This document shows positions 31,593 to 41,095 of a stretch of DNA of 45,306 nt, in pieces. The DNA comes from Promineifilum sp. (GTDB lineage Bacteria; Chloroflexota; Anaerolineae; Promineifilales; Promineifilaceae). A model generated the notes under the pieces. The model made no database searches. It had not been told where the DNA came from and saw nothing but the letters and a program-made list of their open reading frames with translations. The DNA is taken from assembly GCF_041918635.1 (NCBI RefSeq), contig NZ_JAYRVJ010000009.1, positions 1-45,306 of the forward strand, written 5' to 3'. Made by a program: the position numbers and the translations under genes. How positions within the stretch are numbered: the first letter of the stretch is position 1; every line of letters starts with the position of its first letter.

Positions 31593-32903
31593 TTACGCAG
31601 ATTGGGGCAGCCATTGGTGAGTGTCCTCCGCGATCAAGGTTTCTAGAACGTGGGCGACGTCGGCCGGGCGGAGGTCGTGGCGACCCTGCTCATTGAGCAG
31701 GCTGACCAGGCGGTGGCAGAGGGTCTGGACGGCGAGGGGGTGGCCGGCGGTGGCGTCCCAGATGCGCTCCACGGCCTCATCCTCCACGGTCAGCGCGCCG
31801 GCCAGCGGCCCGCGCACCAGCACCTCGGTCTCCGCCCGGTCGAGCGGGCCGAGCTCGCGCCGGGCGCACAGGTCGAGAAGGGGCCGCCAGAAGGGGTCGA
31901 GCGCGCCGGGGCCGCCGCAGAGCAGGAAGGCCGTCCGCTCGCGGTGCTGCATCTGGGCGCGCAGGAAGGGCAGCAGTTCCGGCTCCAGCCGGCCGCCCTC
32001 GATGCCCGCCCGCAGCTGCTCCAGTTCGTCCACGGCGATGAGCAGCAGCCCCCCGGCCGGCAGCGCCGCCTCGGCCCGGTCGAGCGCCCGCTCCAGCACG
32101 GCATAAGGGGATTCATCGGGCAGGGCGTCACCGGTGTGGCCGTTGGCGTGCGCTTGCGGGGCTACGTCGCCGGCCACATGGCACAGCCACTCGCCCGTGT
32201 GGCAGCCAGCCAGGCGTTGCAGGTCAATATAGACGGGCGTGAGCGGCCGGATGGGATGCCGACGCAGAGGATCGCCGCGCCGCCCGGCGGCGACCTGATA
32301 AAGCGTCGAGGTCTTGCCCACGCGCCGTTGACCGTGGAGCAGCAGGGCGTTGGGGCGGCTGGGGGCGTGGAGATTCTCGGCCAGCCAGGCGAACACCTCC
32401 TCCCGCCCGACGTACAGCGTCTCGGCCGGGCCGGCGAGCGGGCGGCCGACGACGTAGGGGTTGGGGAGCAGGGCCGAGTCGGGCCGCCTGTTCCCAGCCG
32501 GGGCCGGCAGATGGCGACGCAGGGCGCAGGCCAGGTGGGTCAGTTCGCGTGCGCCCTTGGTGAACTGCCAGGCGGCCCCCTCACGCAGCAGGTAGCGCGC
32601 CCGGTCGCCGGAGCGGGCTGAGAAAGCGACGAGCGGCGCGTCCGGCCGCAGCCGCCGCGCCTCGCGCGCGAAGGCGAGCAGGTCGGGCAGGGGGGCGTCG
32701 TCGGCGTCGAGGAGTAGCAGGTCGATGTCCGGCTCGCGCCGCAGCCGCTCCAGCGCGGCGGGCAGGGCCGGCTCGATAGTGAAGGTGAAGTCGGCTGTCT
32801 GGGCCAGGATGACGGCCGGGAAAGGGGCCGCCGCAGTGCGCGCAAAAGCCGCGCCTGCACAAAGGGTCTTGAGGGGGCATTTGGCGGGGGCGTCGATGAT
32901 CAC
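31593..32903 (-). CDS. Receiver-like domain fused to a STAND-like ATPase
   Basis: N-terminal DLLLLD..PLVAFSAR..GAAWQFTK resembles a receiver domain. It is followed by PNPYVVGRP..YVGRE, GQRRVGKTS, LIAVDELE and TAGHPLAVQ. The start is uncertain. Confidence 0.72.
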   Translation of the reverse strand: MIIDAPAKCPLKTLCAGAAFARTAAAPFPAVILAQTADFTFTIEPALPAALERLRREPDIDLLLLDADDAPLPDLLAFAREARRLRPDAPLVAFSARSGDRARYLLREGAAWQFTKGARELTHLACALRRHLPAPAGNRRPDSALLPNPYVVGRPLAGPAETLYVGREEVFAWLAENLHAPSRPNALLLHGQRRVGKTSTLYQVAAGRRGDPLRRHPIRPLTPVYIDLQRLAGCHTGEWLCHVAGDVAPQAHANGHTGDALPDESPYAVLERALDRAEAALPAGGLLLIAVDELEQLRAGIEGGRLEPELLPFLRAQMQHRERTAFLLCGGPGALDPFWRPLLDLCARRELGPLDRAETEVLVRGPLAGALTVEDEAVERIWDATAGHPLAVQTLCHRLVSLLNEQGRHDLRPADVAHVLETLIAEDTHQWLPQSA

Positions 32904-32912
32904 GTCGTTGTC

Positions 32913-33072
32913 GTAGAAACCCGGTTTCTTCTGAGAAACCGGATTCTACTATTTTAGTTTGAAGGGGGAGAAATGGCTACGAATTTGGACGGAAGAGACG
33001 GATGAAGAACGGATTCAACATTGTTTTCAATCCGTTCTTCATCCGTCCCTTCCGTCCAAATCCGTAGCCATT
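32913..33072. repeat. Family C palindrome (32913-32949) plus family F inverted element (32971-33072)
   Basis: GTAGAAACCCGGTTTCTTCTGAGAAACCGGATTCTAC; AAATGGCTACGAATTTGGACGGAAG..GAAGAACGGATT / AATCCGTTCTTC..CTTCCGTCCAAATCCGTAGCCATT. Confidence 0.88.
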
Positions 33073-33087
33073 CTTTCGCGCCACAAG

Positions 33088-33555
33088 CTATCGCGCCGCC
33101 ACTGCCCGCAACACCTCCACCGCCAGCCCCTCAATGGCCGCAATATCGGCGTCGGTCGGCTGCTCGTCCCCCCGGCCGGTGAAGGTGATGGTGATGGTCA
33201 TGGCGTCGGCCGTGGCCGGGTCGCTCTGCTCGTGCTCGAACGAGGCCAGCCGCGCCACCCAGCCGGCCACCTGTTGCGCCTGGGCCGCCGTCAGCGTCGT
33301 CTCGCCCAGCGTCTCCGGCGGCTCGCTGGCGCAGGAGGCGGCCGTCGCCGGGCCACCCGCGCCGACGGTGACCACGTCGCAGAAGCCGGCAATGCCGCCC
33401 ACGCGCTGCCAGACGAAGCCGCCATCCAGCGCCTCCGGCCCGCCCGCGTTCTCTTCGATCTCTTCTCCCTTATCCCCGCCGCTCGCGCTGCACGCCGCCA
33501 GCAGCACCGCCAACACCAGCATCAACACCAACCAGAGTATCGCCCTTGCTCTCAT
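33088..33555 (-). CDS. Putative lipoprotein
   Basis: Signal peptide with an LAAC lipobox; GGIAGFCD motif. Confidence 0.75.
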   Translation of the reverse strand: MRARAILWLVLMLVLAVLLAACSASGGDKGEEIEENAGGPEALDGGFVWQRVGGIAGFCDVVTVGAGGPATAASCASEPPETLGETTLTAAQAQQVAGWVARLASFEHEQSDPATADAMTITITFTGRGDEQPTDADIAAIEGLAVEVLRAVAAR

Positions 33556-33572
33556 CTCATACCCCCTGAGAG

Positions 33573-33632
33573 AAATTATGAATTATGAACTTGTGACCTG
33601 AGCTTTGCTTAATAATTCATAATTCTTAATTC
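33573..33632. repeat. Inverted AT-rich heptamer array (AATTATG / CATAATT), family H type
   Basis: AAATTATGAATTATGAAC ... AATAATTCATAATTCTTAATTC; the right arm encodes the ELRIMNY end of the DnaE-like gene. Confidence 0.8.
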
Positions 33633-36600
33633 TTCCGCTTGAAACCACCCATTCCCCCACTCATCCCGCAACCACCGCCCGGCCAGCCGCATCGGCCGCC
33701 ACACCGGCCGGCGTACGCGCTCCGCGGCCAACTGCTTGTCCAGCCGGGCAATGACGAACGTCTCACCGTCGCCGATGAAGAACCCCGGCCCGCCCGGCCA
33801 GCCCGGCACACGCACCGCGCTCACCACCACTGGCCGGCCCGGCATGTCCGGCAGCCGGCGCAACGGCGTCGCCCCCTCCGGCGGCGCGACCAATTCGAGC
33901 GGATGGACGCTGACCGGCTGCCCGAGCAGCTCCGTCTCCCAGGTCGCGCGCTGGGCGGCCGTCTCGGCTGGCGGCGGGTCGCTGCCGGCGAAGGCGAAGC
34001 TCAGCTGGCGGGCGCTGCCGGCCCGGCCGGCCGTGTGCGCCTCGTCGAGCATGGCCGCCCGGCTATCCCCCAATCCATCCAGCGCGCCGCAGCGGATGAG
34101 ATGGGTAATCTCCTTGGCCTGGAGCGGCACGCGGGCCAGCAGATCGCCGGGGCTGTTGTAGGGCGCGGTCAATCGCCCCGTCGCGATAGCCCGCACCGAC
34201 GCTGCGCGCAGGTCGCGCACCTGTCCCAGCCCCATCCACAGGACGGGCTGCTCCCCCTCGTAGCTCAGGGCGAAGCGCGCCTCGCTGTGGTTAACGTGGG
34301 GCGGCCGGACGGCGATGCCCAGCCGGGTTGCCTCGGCCATGTAGATCGCCGGGTGGTGGAAGCCGCCCGCGTCGGCCAGCCGGGCGCACAGAAACTCGGC
34401 CGGCCAGTGGGCCTTCACGTAGGCCGAGCGGTAGCTCACGTTGGCGTAGGCCGTGGCGTGTCCCTGGTTGAAGCCATAGCCGGCGAAGGCGATGACCTGC
34501 TCCCACAGGCGGGTCGCCCCCTCGCGGCTCATGCCCGGCCCCTCCGGCGCGGGGCGACCGCACCCCTCCACGAACGCGGCGGCCAGCGCGGCCATTTCAT
34601 GCTCCCGGAAGCGGCTCATGCCCCGCCGTAACCCGTCCGCCTGCTCCCAACTCAGTCCGGCGATCTCGCGGGCCAGCCGCAACACCTGCTCCTGGAAGAG
34701 CAGCACGCCCTGAGTTCGGCTCAGGATCGGCTCCAGCGAGGGGTGGAGGTAGGTCACCCGCTCCTGGCCGCGATAGCGCCGGATGAAGGCGCGGACCATG
34801 CCGCCCATGGCCGGGCCAGGCTTGAAGAACGCCCCGGCAACGGCCAGATCGGCCACGTTGCGCGCCGCCAGTTGGCGCAACGTGCGCCGCGCCCCGGCCG
34901 ATTCGCACTGGAAGACGCCGATCGTCTCCGCCTCGGCCAGCAGGTCGCCCGTCGCCGGATCGTCGGCGGGGATGGCGTCGAGTTGGAAGACCGGGTCGTG
35001 ATGGCGGCGCACCAATTCGGCGGCATCGGCCAGCACCGTCAGGGCGCGGATGCCCAGGAGGTCGAGTTTGGGCAGGCCGATGGCCTCCACGTCGGCGTGC
35101 TCGTACTGCGTCGCCAGGAAGCCCTTGGCCGACAGTAGCACCGGCACGGTGTCGGTCAGCGGGCCGGGGGTGATGACCACGCCGCCGGGGTGCAGCCCGG
35201 CGTGGTGGGGCAGGCCCACCAGGCCATACGCCTCCCGGACGACTTCACGATGAATCGGGTCATCAAGCTTCGCCAGCACGTCTTCTACCGTCTCAGTCGA
35301 GCGGCGGCGTGGGTCGGGATGCCACCCTTCCGGCAGCAGCTCGACCAGATGATCAATCACCTCGTCCGGCAGGCCGTACGCCTTGCCCGTTTCGCGCACC
35401 GCCGAGCGCGGCCGGAAGGTGTTCATCGTGCTGACCAGCGCTACCCGGTCGTCGCCATACGTCCGGCGAATATAGTCCAGCACCTCATCGCGGCGGCGGC
35501 TGCAAAAGTCGAGGTCGATGTCGGGCGGGCTGCGGCGGGCCGGGCTGAGGAAGCGCTCGAACAGCAGGTCGTGGGCCATCGGGTCTACGCCGGTGATGCC
35601 CAGGCAGTAGGCCAGTAGCGAGTTCGCCACACTGCCGCGGGTGCTGACTGGGATGCCAGCCGCGCGGGCGAAGCGGACGACGTCGGCCACCAGCAGAAAG
35701 AGCGGCGCGTAGCCGTAGTCGCCGATGGCGGCGATCTCGCGGGCCAGCCGCTCGCCGGCGGCTGGCGGCGCGTCGGCCGGGTAGCGCGCTGCCAGCCCGG
35801 TCGCCGCCGCCTCGCGCAGCGCTTCGACCGGCGACCGCCCGCCCACGTCGGCCAGCACCGGCCACAGCAGTCGGCCGTCGGGCAGCGCCTCGCCGCACTC
35901 ATCGGCTACCTCGCCAGCGGCGCGCAGCAGGTCGGGGCACTCCTCGTAACGTCGGGCCAGCTCGTCCGGCGCGGGCCAGGCGATGGCCGTCGCCGCCTCG
36001 CCGTAGTCGGGCAGTGTGCCGGCGATGGGCTCCCGTTCCGCCTCGGCCAGCGGGCGGTTGGCGTCGATGGCCGCCAGCAGGCGCAGGCGCGGCCGGCGCG
36101 CCTCCTCCAGGCAGAAGATAGGCTGGGCGGCGGCGACGCGCAGGCCGAAGCGCGCGCCGAGGGCCATGATCTCGTCCGCCAGCGGGCGCAGCGGCGGGGC
36201 CATCAGATCGGGACTGATGCTCAAAGCGCAGCGCTCGTCGAACAGGCCGCCCAGCCGGGCCACGTAGCGGGTGGCGGCGGCCAGATTGCCGGCGCGCAGC
36301 AGCCGCTCCAGCCAGCAGGTGCGTCCGCCGGTCACGCAAATGAGGCCGCGCGCGTGCTCCCGCAGTTCGGCCCACTGGAAGCCCATGCGCCGCCGCCGCT
36401 CGTAGTCGGGGTCGGTCCAGTAAAGCGAGGTGAGGCGGCACAGCGAGCGGTAGCCCTCCGGGCCGGCGGCCAGCAGTACCAGCCGGCCCCAACTGGCGTG
36501 CCGGTCGGGCCGCAAATCTTCAGCCGGCAGGGCCAGGCTGGCCGTCATGCCGATGAGGGGGCGTATCTCGGCCGCGCCACAGGCGCGGGCGAAGGCCACT

Positions 36601-36755
36601 GCGCCGTGCAAGGCGTTACTGTCGGTCAGGGCCAGCTGGCTCAGCCCGTCCTGCCGCGCGCGGGCCACGAGTTCCGCCGGCGAACCGGTCGCGCCCAGCA
36701 GCGAGAAATGCGAATGCACGTGTAAGTGGGTAAAATGGGCCGGTAGCGCGCTCAT
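33609..36755 (-). CDS. dnaE2: DNA polymerase III alpha-family protein, DnaE2 (error-prone)-like
   Basis: PHP HLHVHS, RGSVANS (DnaE2-type), LLFERFL..PPDIDLDF, HPGGV, KLDLLG and GYGFN..HA..YA motifs; truncated C-terminus. Confidence 0.8.
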   Translation of the reverse strand: MSALPAHFTHLHVHSHFSLLGATGSPAELVARARQDGLSQLALTDSNALHGAVAFARACGAAEIRPLIGMTASLALPAEDLRPDRHASWGRLVLLAAGPEGYRSLCRLTSLYWTDPDYERRRRMGFQWAELREHARGLICVTGGRTCWLERLLRAGNLAAATRYVARLGGLFDERCALSISPDLMAPPLRPLADEIMALGARFGLRVAAAQPIFCLEEARRPRLRLLAAIDANRPLAEAEREPIAGTLPDYGEAATAIAWPAPDELARRYEECPDLLRAAGEVADECGEALPDGRLLWPVLADVGGRSPVEALREAAATGLAARYPADAPPAAGERLAREIAAIGDYGYAPLFLLVADVVRFARAAGIPVSTRGSVANSLLAYCLGITGVDPMAHDLLFERFLSPARRSPPDIDLDFCSRRRDEVLDYIRRTYGDDRVALVSTMNTFRPRSAVRETGKAYGLPDEVIDHLVELLPEGWHPDPRRRSTETVEDVLAKLDDPIHREVVREAYGLVGLPHHAGLHPGGVVITPGPLTDTVPVLLSAKGFLATQYEHADVEAIGLPKLDLLGIRALTVLADAAELVRRHHDPVFQLDAIPADDPATGDLLAEAETIGVFQCESAGARRTLRQLAARNVADLAVAGAFFKPGPAMGGMVRAFIRRYRGQERVTYLHPSLEPILSRTQGVLLFQEQVLRLAREIAGLSWEQADGLRRGMSRFREHEMAALAAAFVEGCGRPAPEGPGMSREGATRLWEQVIAFAGYGFNQGHATAYANVSYRSAYVKAHWPAEFLCARLADAGGFHHPAIYMAEATRLGIAVRPPHVNHSEARFALSYEGEQPVLWMGLGQVRDLRAASVRAIATGRLTAPYNSPGDLLARVPLQAKEITHLIRCGALDGLGDSRAAMLDEAHTAGRAGSARQLSFAFAGSDPPPAETAAQRATWETELLGQPVSVHPLELVAPPEGATPLRRLPDMPGRPVVVSAVRVPGWPGGPGFFIGDGETFVIARLDKQLAAERVRRPVWRPMRLAGRWLRDEWGNGWFQAEELRIMNY

Positions 36756-36828
36756 CGGTGCTCAATGATAGCATAGTGGCGCGCCATCCGGCGGGCAAGC
36801 GGCAAACAATGAGTGAGGGAAGGGCAAA

Positions 36829-37557
36829 ATGACCGATCTGCGGGGAAAGACGGCGATCATCACCGGCGGCGGTAGCGGCATTGGCGAGGGCGTTGCCATG
36901 GCGCTGGCCCGTCACGGCATGAACGTGGTGATTTGCGGCCGGCGCGAGGCGGCGCTGGCCCGCGTGGTTGGGGCGATCGCGGCCGAGGGAGGCGCGGCGC
37001 TGCCCGTGGCTGCCGACGTGTCCCAGGAGGCGGACGCGGCGCGAGTGGCGGCGGCGGCGGTGGATACCTACGGGGCCGTCCACCTGCTGGTGAATAACGC
37101 CGCCATCTACGGCGGCGGGCCGATTCACGCCCACGACGTCGCGGAGTGGGATCGCGTCATGGCGGTCAACCTGCGCGGGCCATTCCTGATGGCGCGGGCC
37201 GTCCTGCCGCTCATGCGCCAGCAGGGCGAGGGGCACATCATCAACATCAGTTCCGAGTCGGGCGTGGAGTATTATGAGGGAGATGGCGCTTACGGCGTCT
37301 CCAAACACGCGCTGAACGCCCTGAGCGAGATCATCCAGCGCGAGAACCAGGCGCACAACATCCGCGTCAATGCCGTCTGCCCAGGCATGGTCGTGACCGA
37401 GATGACACAGGACTCGGTTGGGCTGAACCGCGAGCGCTGCCTCTATCCGGAGGACATTGCCGACCTGGTGCTGTGGCTGGCGACCCGCCGCGCCAACGTC
37501 AAGATCGGCCGGCCGCTGCTTATCCAGACCATGCTCAACCCGTGGGAGGCGTCATGA
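36829..37557 (+). CDS. SDR-family oxidoreductase
   Basis: TGGGSGIG, LVNNA and YGVSK motifs. Confidence 0.9.
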   Translation: MTDLRGKTAIITGGGSGIGEGVAMALARHGMNVVICGRREAALARVVGAIAAEGGAALPVAADVSQEADAARVAAAAVDTYGAVHLLVNNAAIYGGGPIHAHDVAEWDRVMAVNLRGPFLMARAVLPLMRQQGEGHIINISSESGVEYYEGDGAYGVSKHALNALSEIIQRENQAHNIRVNAVCPGMVVTEMTQDSVGLNRERCLYPEDIADLVLWLATRRANVKIGRPLLIQTMLNPWEAS

Positions 37558-37994
37558 TCCCCGTCGCGCTGGCCCTGGAACTCAAACAGGCCGGTCTGCT
37601 ATGGCGCACCACCATGCACGACTTCTTCGCCATTCCCGACCGCGGCCTGGATGATCGCGTCTACGTCCTGGCCGACATGATGGCCTACACCGACCTGGTG
37701 CAGGGCTGGCCGGTGGTGGCCTTCCACGGCACGGCCGAGTGGGCGCTCGACTACATCTTCACCACTGAGGTCATCTGGCTGCCCACGGAGGAGCAGTTGC
37801 GCGAGGCGCTGGCCGGCGCCCTGGAACGCGCCGGAGACGAGGCCGCGCTGGAGTTGCGGCGCGTGGCCGGCGGCTATCGCTGCGCCATTGGCATCGGCGG
37901 CGAGCGGCTGGCCTTCGACGAGGCTACGGCCAGCGAGGCGTACGGCCGGGCGCTGCTCCATCTGCTGACCCAGCCTGGCCATGACGTAACATAA
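37554..37994 (+). CDS. Conserved hypothetical protein
   Basis: ATGA overlap with the SDR stop. MIPVALALELKQAGL.W..D.FAIPDR..FHGTAEWALD..WLPTEEQLR resembles, from recollection, an actinobacterial family of unknown function. Confidence 0.7.
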   Translation: MIPVALALELKQAGLLWRTTMHDFFAIPDRGLDDRVYVLADMMAYTDLVQGWPVVAFHGTAEWALDYIFTTEVIWLPTEEQLREALAGALERAGDEAALELRRVAGGYRCAIGIGGERLAFDEATASEAYGRALLHLLTQPGHDVT

Positions 37995-38020
37995 TGGGTC
38001 AATTGGTGTATAATCCCGCC

Positions 38021-38524
38021 ATGCGTAACTTTGCCCGGCGATTGGGAGTATTACCCGTACTGGCGCTCAGCGCCGGTCTGGTCGCGCTCGGCCTGTTGGC
38101 GGTCAATCGCGTCGTCAACACCATGTGGCCGTTCGACGTGAACCGCATCGAACTGGTTCGCGCCACGGCCCAGCAGCGCGTCGACGCGGCCATGCTGCTG
38201 GCTGCCGCCAACAACGAGATCATCCTGGCCTTCCTGGCCTCCGTCGTTGTGGCCGTCGCCGGGCTGTTCATGCCCCTGGCCTACTACCTGAACAAGCGCC
38301 TGAACCCACCCCACCTGCGCGACCAGCCGCCGAGCATCCTGGCCGTGCTGCGCCAATCGCTCTACGCCGGGTTGTGGGTTGCCTTCTGCCTCTGGTTGCA
38401 GATGAACCGCACCCTGGGCCTGGCCGTGGCGGCGCTGATGGCCGGCGTGTTCATCCTGTTCGAGCTCCTGCTGCAAATCCGGGCGCGCGCGGCGGCGGCC
38501 CAGGAGCAGGGTTCGCCCTCATAG
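38021..38524 (+). CDS. Hypothetical membrane protein (about 4 TM helices)
   Basis: Hydrophobic helices. ATG at 38021 lies 6 nt after TATAAT. Confidence 0.7.
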   Translation: MRNFARRLGVLPVLALSAGLVALGLLAVNRVVNTMWPFDVNRIELVRATAQQRVDAAMLLAAANNEIILAFLASVVVAVAGLFMPLAYYLNKRLNPPHLRDQPPSILAVLRQSLYAGLWVAFCLWLQMNRTLGLAVAALMAGVFILFELLLQIRARAAAAQEQGSPS

Positions 38525-38534
38525 GGGGTAGCGC

Positions 38535-39941
38535 GTGCCGACCACTATTGCCCCTCCCGCCAGCGCCTTGCGCGACTTGCCCAGTGTGGATCGTTTGCTC
38601 CGCGCTCCCGGCGCGGACGAACTGGCCGCGGCCTACGGCCGGCCACTGGCGACCGAGGCCCTGCGCGCCGCGCTGGATGAGGCCCGTGCCGCCCTGCGTG
38701 ACGGCCGCGAGGATGAGGCCCTGCCCGATTGGGAACTGGTTGTCGGCGCGCGGGCCTGGCTGGAGAGCCTGCTGGCCCCCACACTCCGGCCGGTCATCAA
38801 CGCCACGGGCATCATCGTCCACACCAACCTGGGCCGCGCCCCACTCAGCGACGACGCCCTGGCGGCGGTGGCCGCCGTCTCGTCCGGCTACTCGACGCTG
38901 GAATACGACCTGGAGGAGGGGCGCCGCGGCTCGCGCGCCGTCCACGCCGAGCGCCTGCTGGCGCGGCTGGTGGGCGCGGAGGCGGCGCTCGTCGTCAACA
39001 ACAACGCGGCGGCCGTCCTGTTGCTGCTGACTGCCCTCTGCCGCGGGCGCGAAGTCATCATTAGCCGCGGCCAACTGGTGGAGATCGGCGGCGGCTTCCG
39101 CATCCCGGAAGTGCTGGCCCAATCGGGGGCGCGTCTGGTCGAGGTGGGCACGACCAACCGCACGTACCGGCGCGACTACGCCGAGGCCATCACCGAGGAC
39201 ACCGCGGCCATCCTGGTCGTCCACCACTCCAACTACCAGATTACCGGCTTTACCAGCCAGCCGGAACTGGCCGAATTGGCCGAACTGGCCCATGAACGCG
39301 ACCTGTGGCTGCTGTTCGATCAGGGCAGCGGCGCGCTGCTCGACGTAGCCCCCTACGGCCTGGAGCCGGAGCCAACCGTGCCCGACGGCCTGCGCGCCGG
39401 CTGTGACGTGGTCGCCTTCAGCGGCGATAAGCTGCTGGGCGGCCCACAGGCGGGCATCCTGTGTGGCCGGGCCGACCTGGTAGCGCGCCTGAAGCGACAC
39501 CCACTGGCCCGCGCCGTCCGCGCTGACAAAATGGCCCTGGCGGCCCTAACGGCGACGCTAGGCCACTATCTGACTGGACAGCCGGAGCGCGTGCCCGTCT
39601 GGGGCATGATCGCCCGACCGGCGGCCGAGATCGCCGCCGAGGCCGAGGCGTGGGCGGCCCATCTAACGCGGGCCGGCCTGCGCGCCGAGACGTTGCCGGG
39701 CGAATCGCGCGTCGGCGGCGGCAGTTTGCCCGGCGCGAGCCTGCCGACGCGGCTGGTGGCTGTGACGCCGGACGGGCTGAGCGCCGAGGCATTCGCCGCG
39801 CGGCTGCGGGCCGGCCGCCGGCCGGTCATTGCCCGCATCCAGGACGATCGCCTGCTGCTCGATCCGCGCACTGTGCTGCCGGGTCAAGCGGAGGCCCTGC
39901 TGCGGGCCGTCGAGCGGACGGCGATGAATCGCGGCTCGTAG
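38535..39941 (+). CDS. selA: L-seryl-tRNA(Sec) selenium transferase
   Basis: LPSVD, VINATG...HTNLGRAPL, VNNNAAAV, SRGQLVEIGGGFRIP, EVGTTN and FSGDKLLGGPQAG motifs. Confidence 0.95.
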   Translation: MPTTIAPPASALRDLPSVDRLLRAPGADELAAAYGRPLATEALRAALDEARAALRDGREDEALPDWELVVGARAWLESLLAPTLRPVINATGIIVHTNLGRAPLSDDALAAVAAVSSGYSTLEYDLEEGRRGSRAVHAERLLARLVGAEAALVVNNNAAAVLLLLTALCRGREVIISRGQLVEIGGGFRIPEVLAQSGARLVEVGTTNRTYRRDYAEAITEDTAAILVVHHSNYQITGFTSQPELAELAELAHERDLWLLFDQGSGALLDVAPYGLEPEPTVPDGLRAGCDVVAFSGDKLLGGPQAGILCGRADLVARLKRHPLARAVRADKMALAALTATLGHYLTGQPERVPVWGMIARPAAEIAAEAEAWAAHLTRAGLRAETLPGESRVGGGSLPGASLPTRLVAVTPDGLSAEAFAARLRAGRRPVIARIQDDRLLLDPRTVLPGQAEALLRAVERTAMNRGS

Positions 39942-40003
39942 TCAGACAATTCATTGCCGTTCTTCCGGCTCGCCAGAAGAACGGCAATGTATTGCCTGAC
40001 TAC
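39917..40003. repeat. Family B element (39938-40003) preceded by a half copy
   Basis: GTAGTCAGACAATTCATTGCCGTTCTT..AAGAACGGCAATGTATTGCCTGACTAC; its GTAG contains the selA stop. Confidence 0.88.
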
Positions 40004-40032
40004 GAACGAAGCGGCTTTGTGTTAGGATCATT

Positions 40033-41055
40033 ATGGACGTAAAGGAACACTCGACCCGAATCCTGGCCATCGAAACGTCCTGTGACGAGACGGCCGCGGC
40101 GGTCATCGGCGACGGCGTCACCATCCTGAGCAACGTCGTCGCCAGCCAGACCGACCTGCACGCGCGCTACGGGGGTGTCTTCCCTGAAGTCGCCTCGCGC
40201 CAGCACGTCGAGGTCATCCACGCCGTTGTCGACCAGGCCATGCGTCAGGCCCATCTGGGTTTCGGCGACCTGGACTGCGTCGCCGTCACGCGCGGGCCGG
40301 GGCTGGTCGGGTCGCTGCTGGTGGGCATGAACTTCGCCAAGGGGCTGGCCGTCAGCCGCGGCCTGCCGCTGCTGGGCGTCAACCACATCGAGGGCCACAT
40401 CTACTCCCTCTGGCTCACCGAGGTGGCCCCGGCCATCCGCTTCCCGGTGCTGACCCTGGTCGTCAGCGGCGGCCACACCGAGCTGTACCTGATGAGCGGC
40501 CACGGCCAGTACCAACTGCTCGGGGCCACGCTCGACGACGCCGCCGGTGAGGCGTTCGACAAGGTGGGCCGCCTGCTGGGTCTACCCTATCCCGGCGGCC
40601 CGGCCATCGATGAGGCTTCCGAACGGGGCAACCCGGCCGCCTACCGCTTCCCGCGCGCGGTGATGGAGCAGGAGCATGGCTACGACTTCAGTTTCAGCGG
40701 TCTGAAGACGGCCGTCATGCGCCAGGTCAGCCAGTACCATTCGCCGACAGTCATGCCCGTCGCCGACCTGGCCGCCAGCTTCCAGGCTGCCGCGGTGGAG
40801 GCGCTGGTCAGCAAAACCGCGGCCGCCGCGGCGGCGACGGGAGCCACCGCCGTCCACGTCGCCGGCGGCGTCTCGGCCAACCGGGCCTTGCGCGCGGCCA
40901 TGACAGCGCGGCTGGACGTGCCGGTGCGCGTGCCGCCGCTGGCGCTCTGCACCGACAACGCGGCCATGATCGGCGCGGCGGCCCACTTCCACTTCATCCG
41001 CGGCCGGCGCGATAGCCTCGACCTGGACGTTGTACCGAGTTTACAGTTGACTTGA
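40033..41055 (+). CDS. tsaD: tRNA t6A37 threonylcarbamoyltransferase
   Basis: ILAIETSCDET, HIEGH, VSGGHT, DDAAGEAFDKV, FSFSGLKT and CTDNAAMI motifs. Confidence 0.97.
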   Translation: MDVKEHSTRILAIETSCDETAAAVIGDGVTILSNVVASQTDLHARYGGVFPEVASRQHVEVIHAVVDQAMRQAHLGFGDLDCVAVTRGPGLVGSLLVGMNFAKGLAVSRGLPLLGVNHIEGHIYSLWLTEVAPAIRFPVLTLVVSGGHTELYLMSGHGQYQLLGATLDDAAGEAFDKVGRLLGLPYPGGPAIDEASERGNPAAYRFPRAVMEQEHGYDFSFSGLKTAVMRQVSQYHSPTVMPVADLAASFQAAAVEALVSKTAAAAAATGATAVHVAGGVSANRALRAAMTARLDVPVRVPPLALCTDNAAMIGAAAHFHFIRGRRDSLDLDVVPSLQLT

Positions 41056-41063
41056 ACGTTCCC

Positions 41064-41078
41064 AGACCTGTCAGGTCT
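41064..41078. repeat. Family D core palindrome
   Basis: AGACCTGTCAGGTCT. Confidence 0.6.
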
Positions 41079-41095
41079 AATTGGCACTGTATCTG

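Noticed and set aside
32959-33588. 209-aa plus-strand ORF
   Set aside because: Its N-terminus is translated family F repeat and the remainder is antisense to the lipoprotein.
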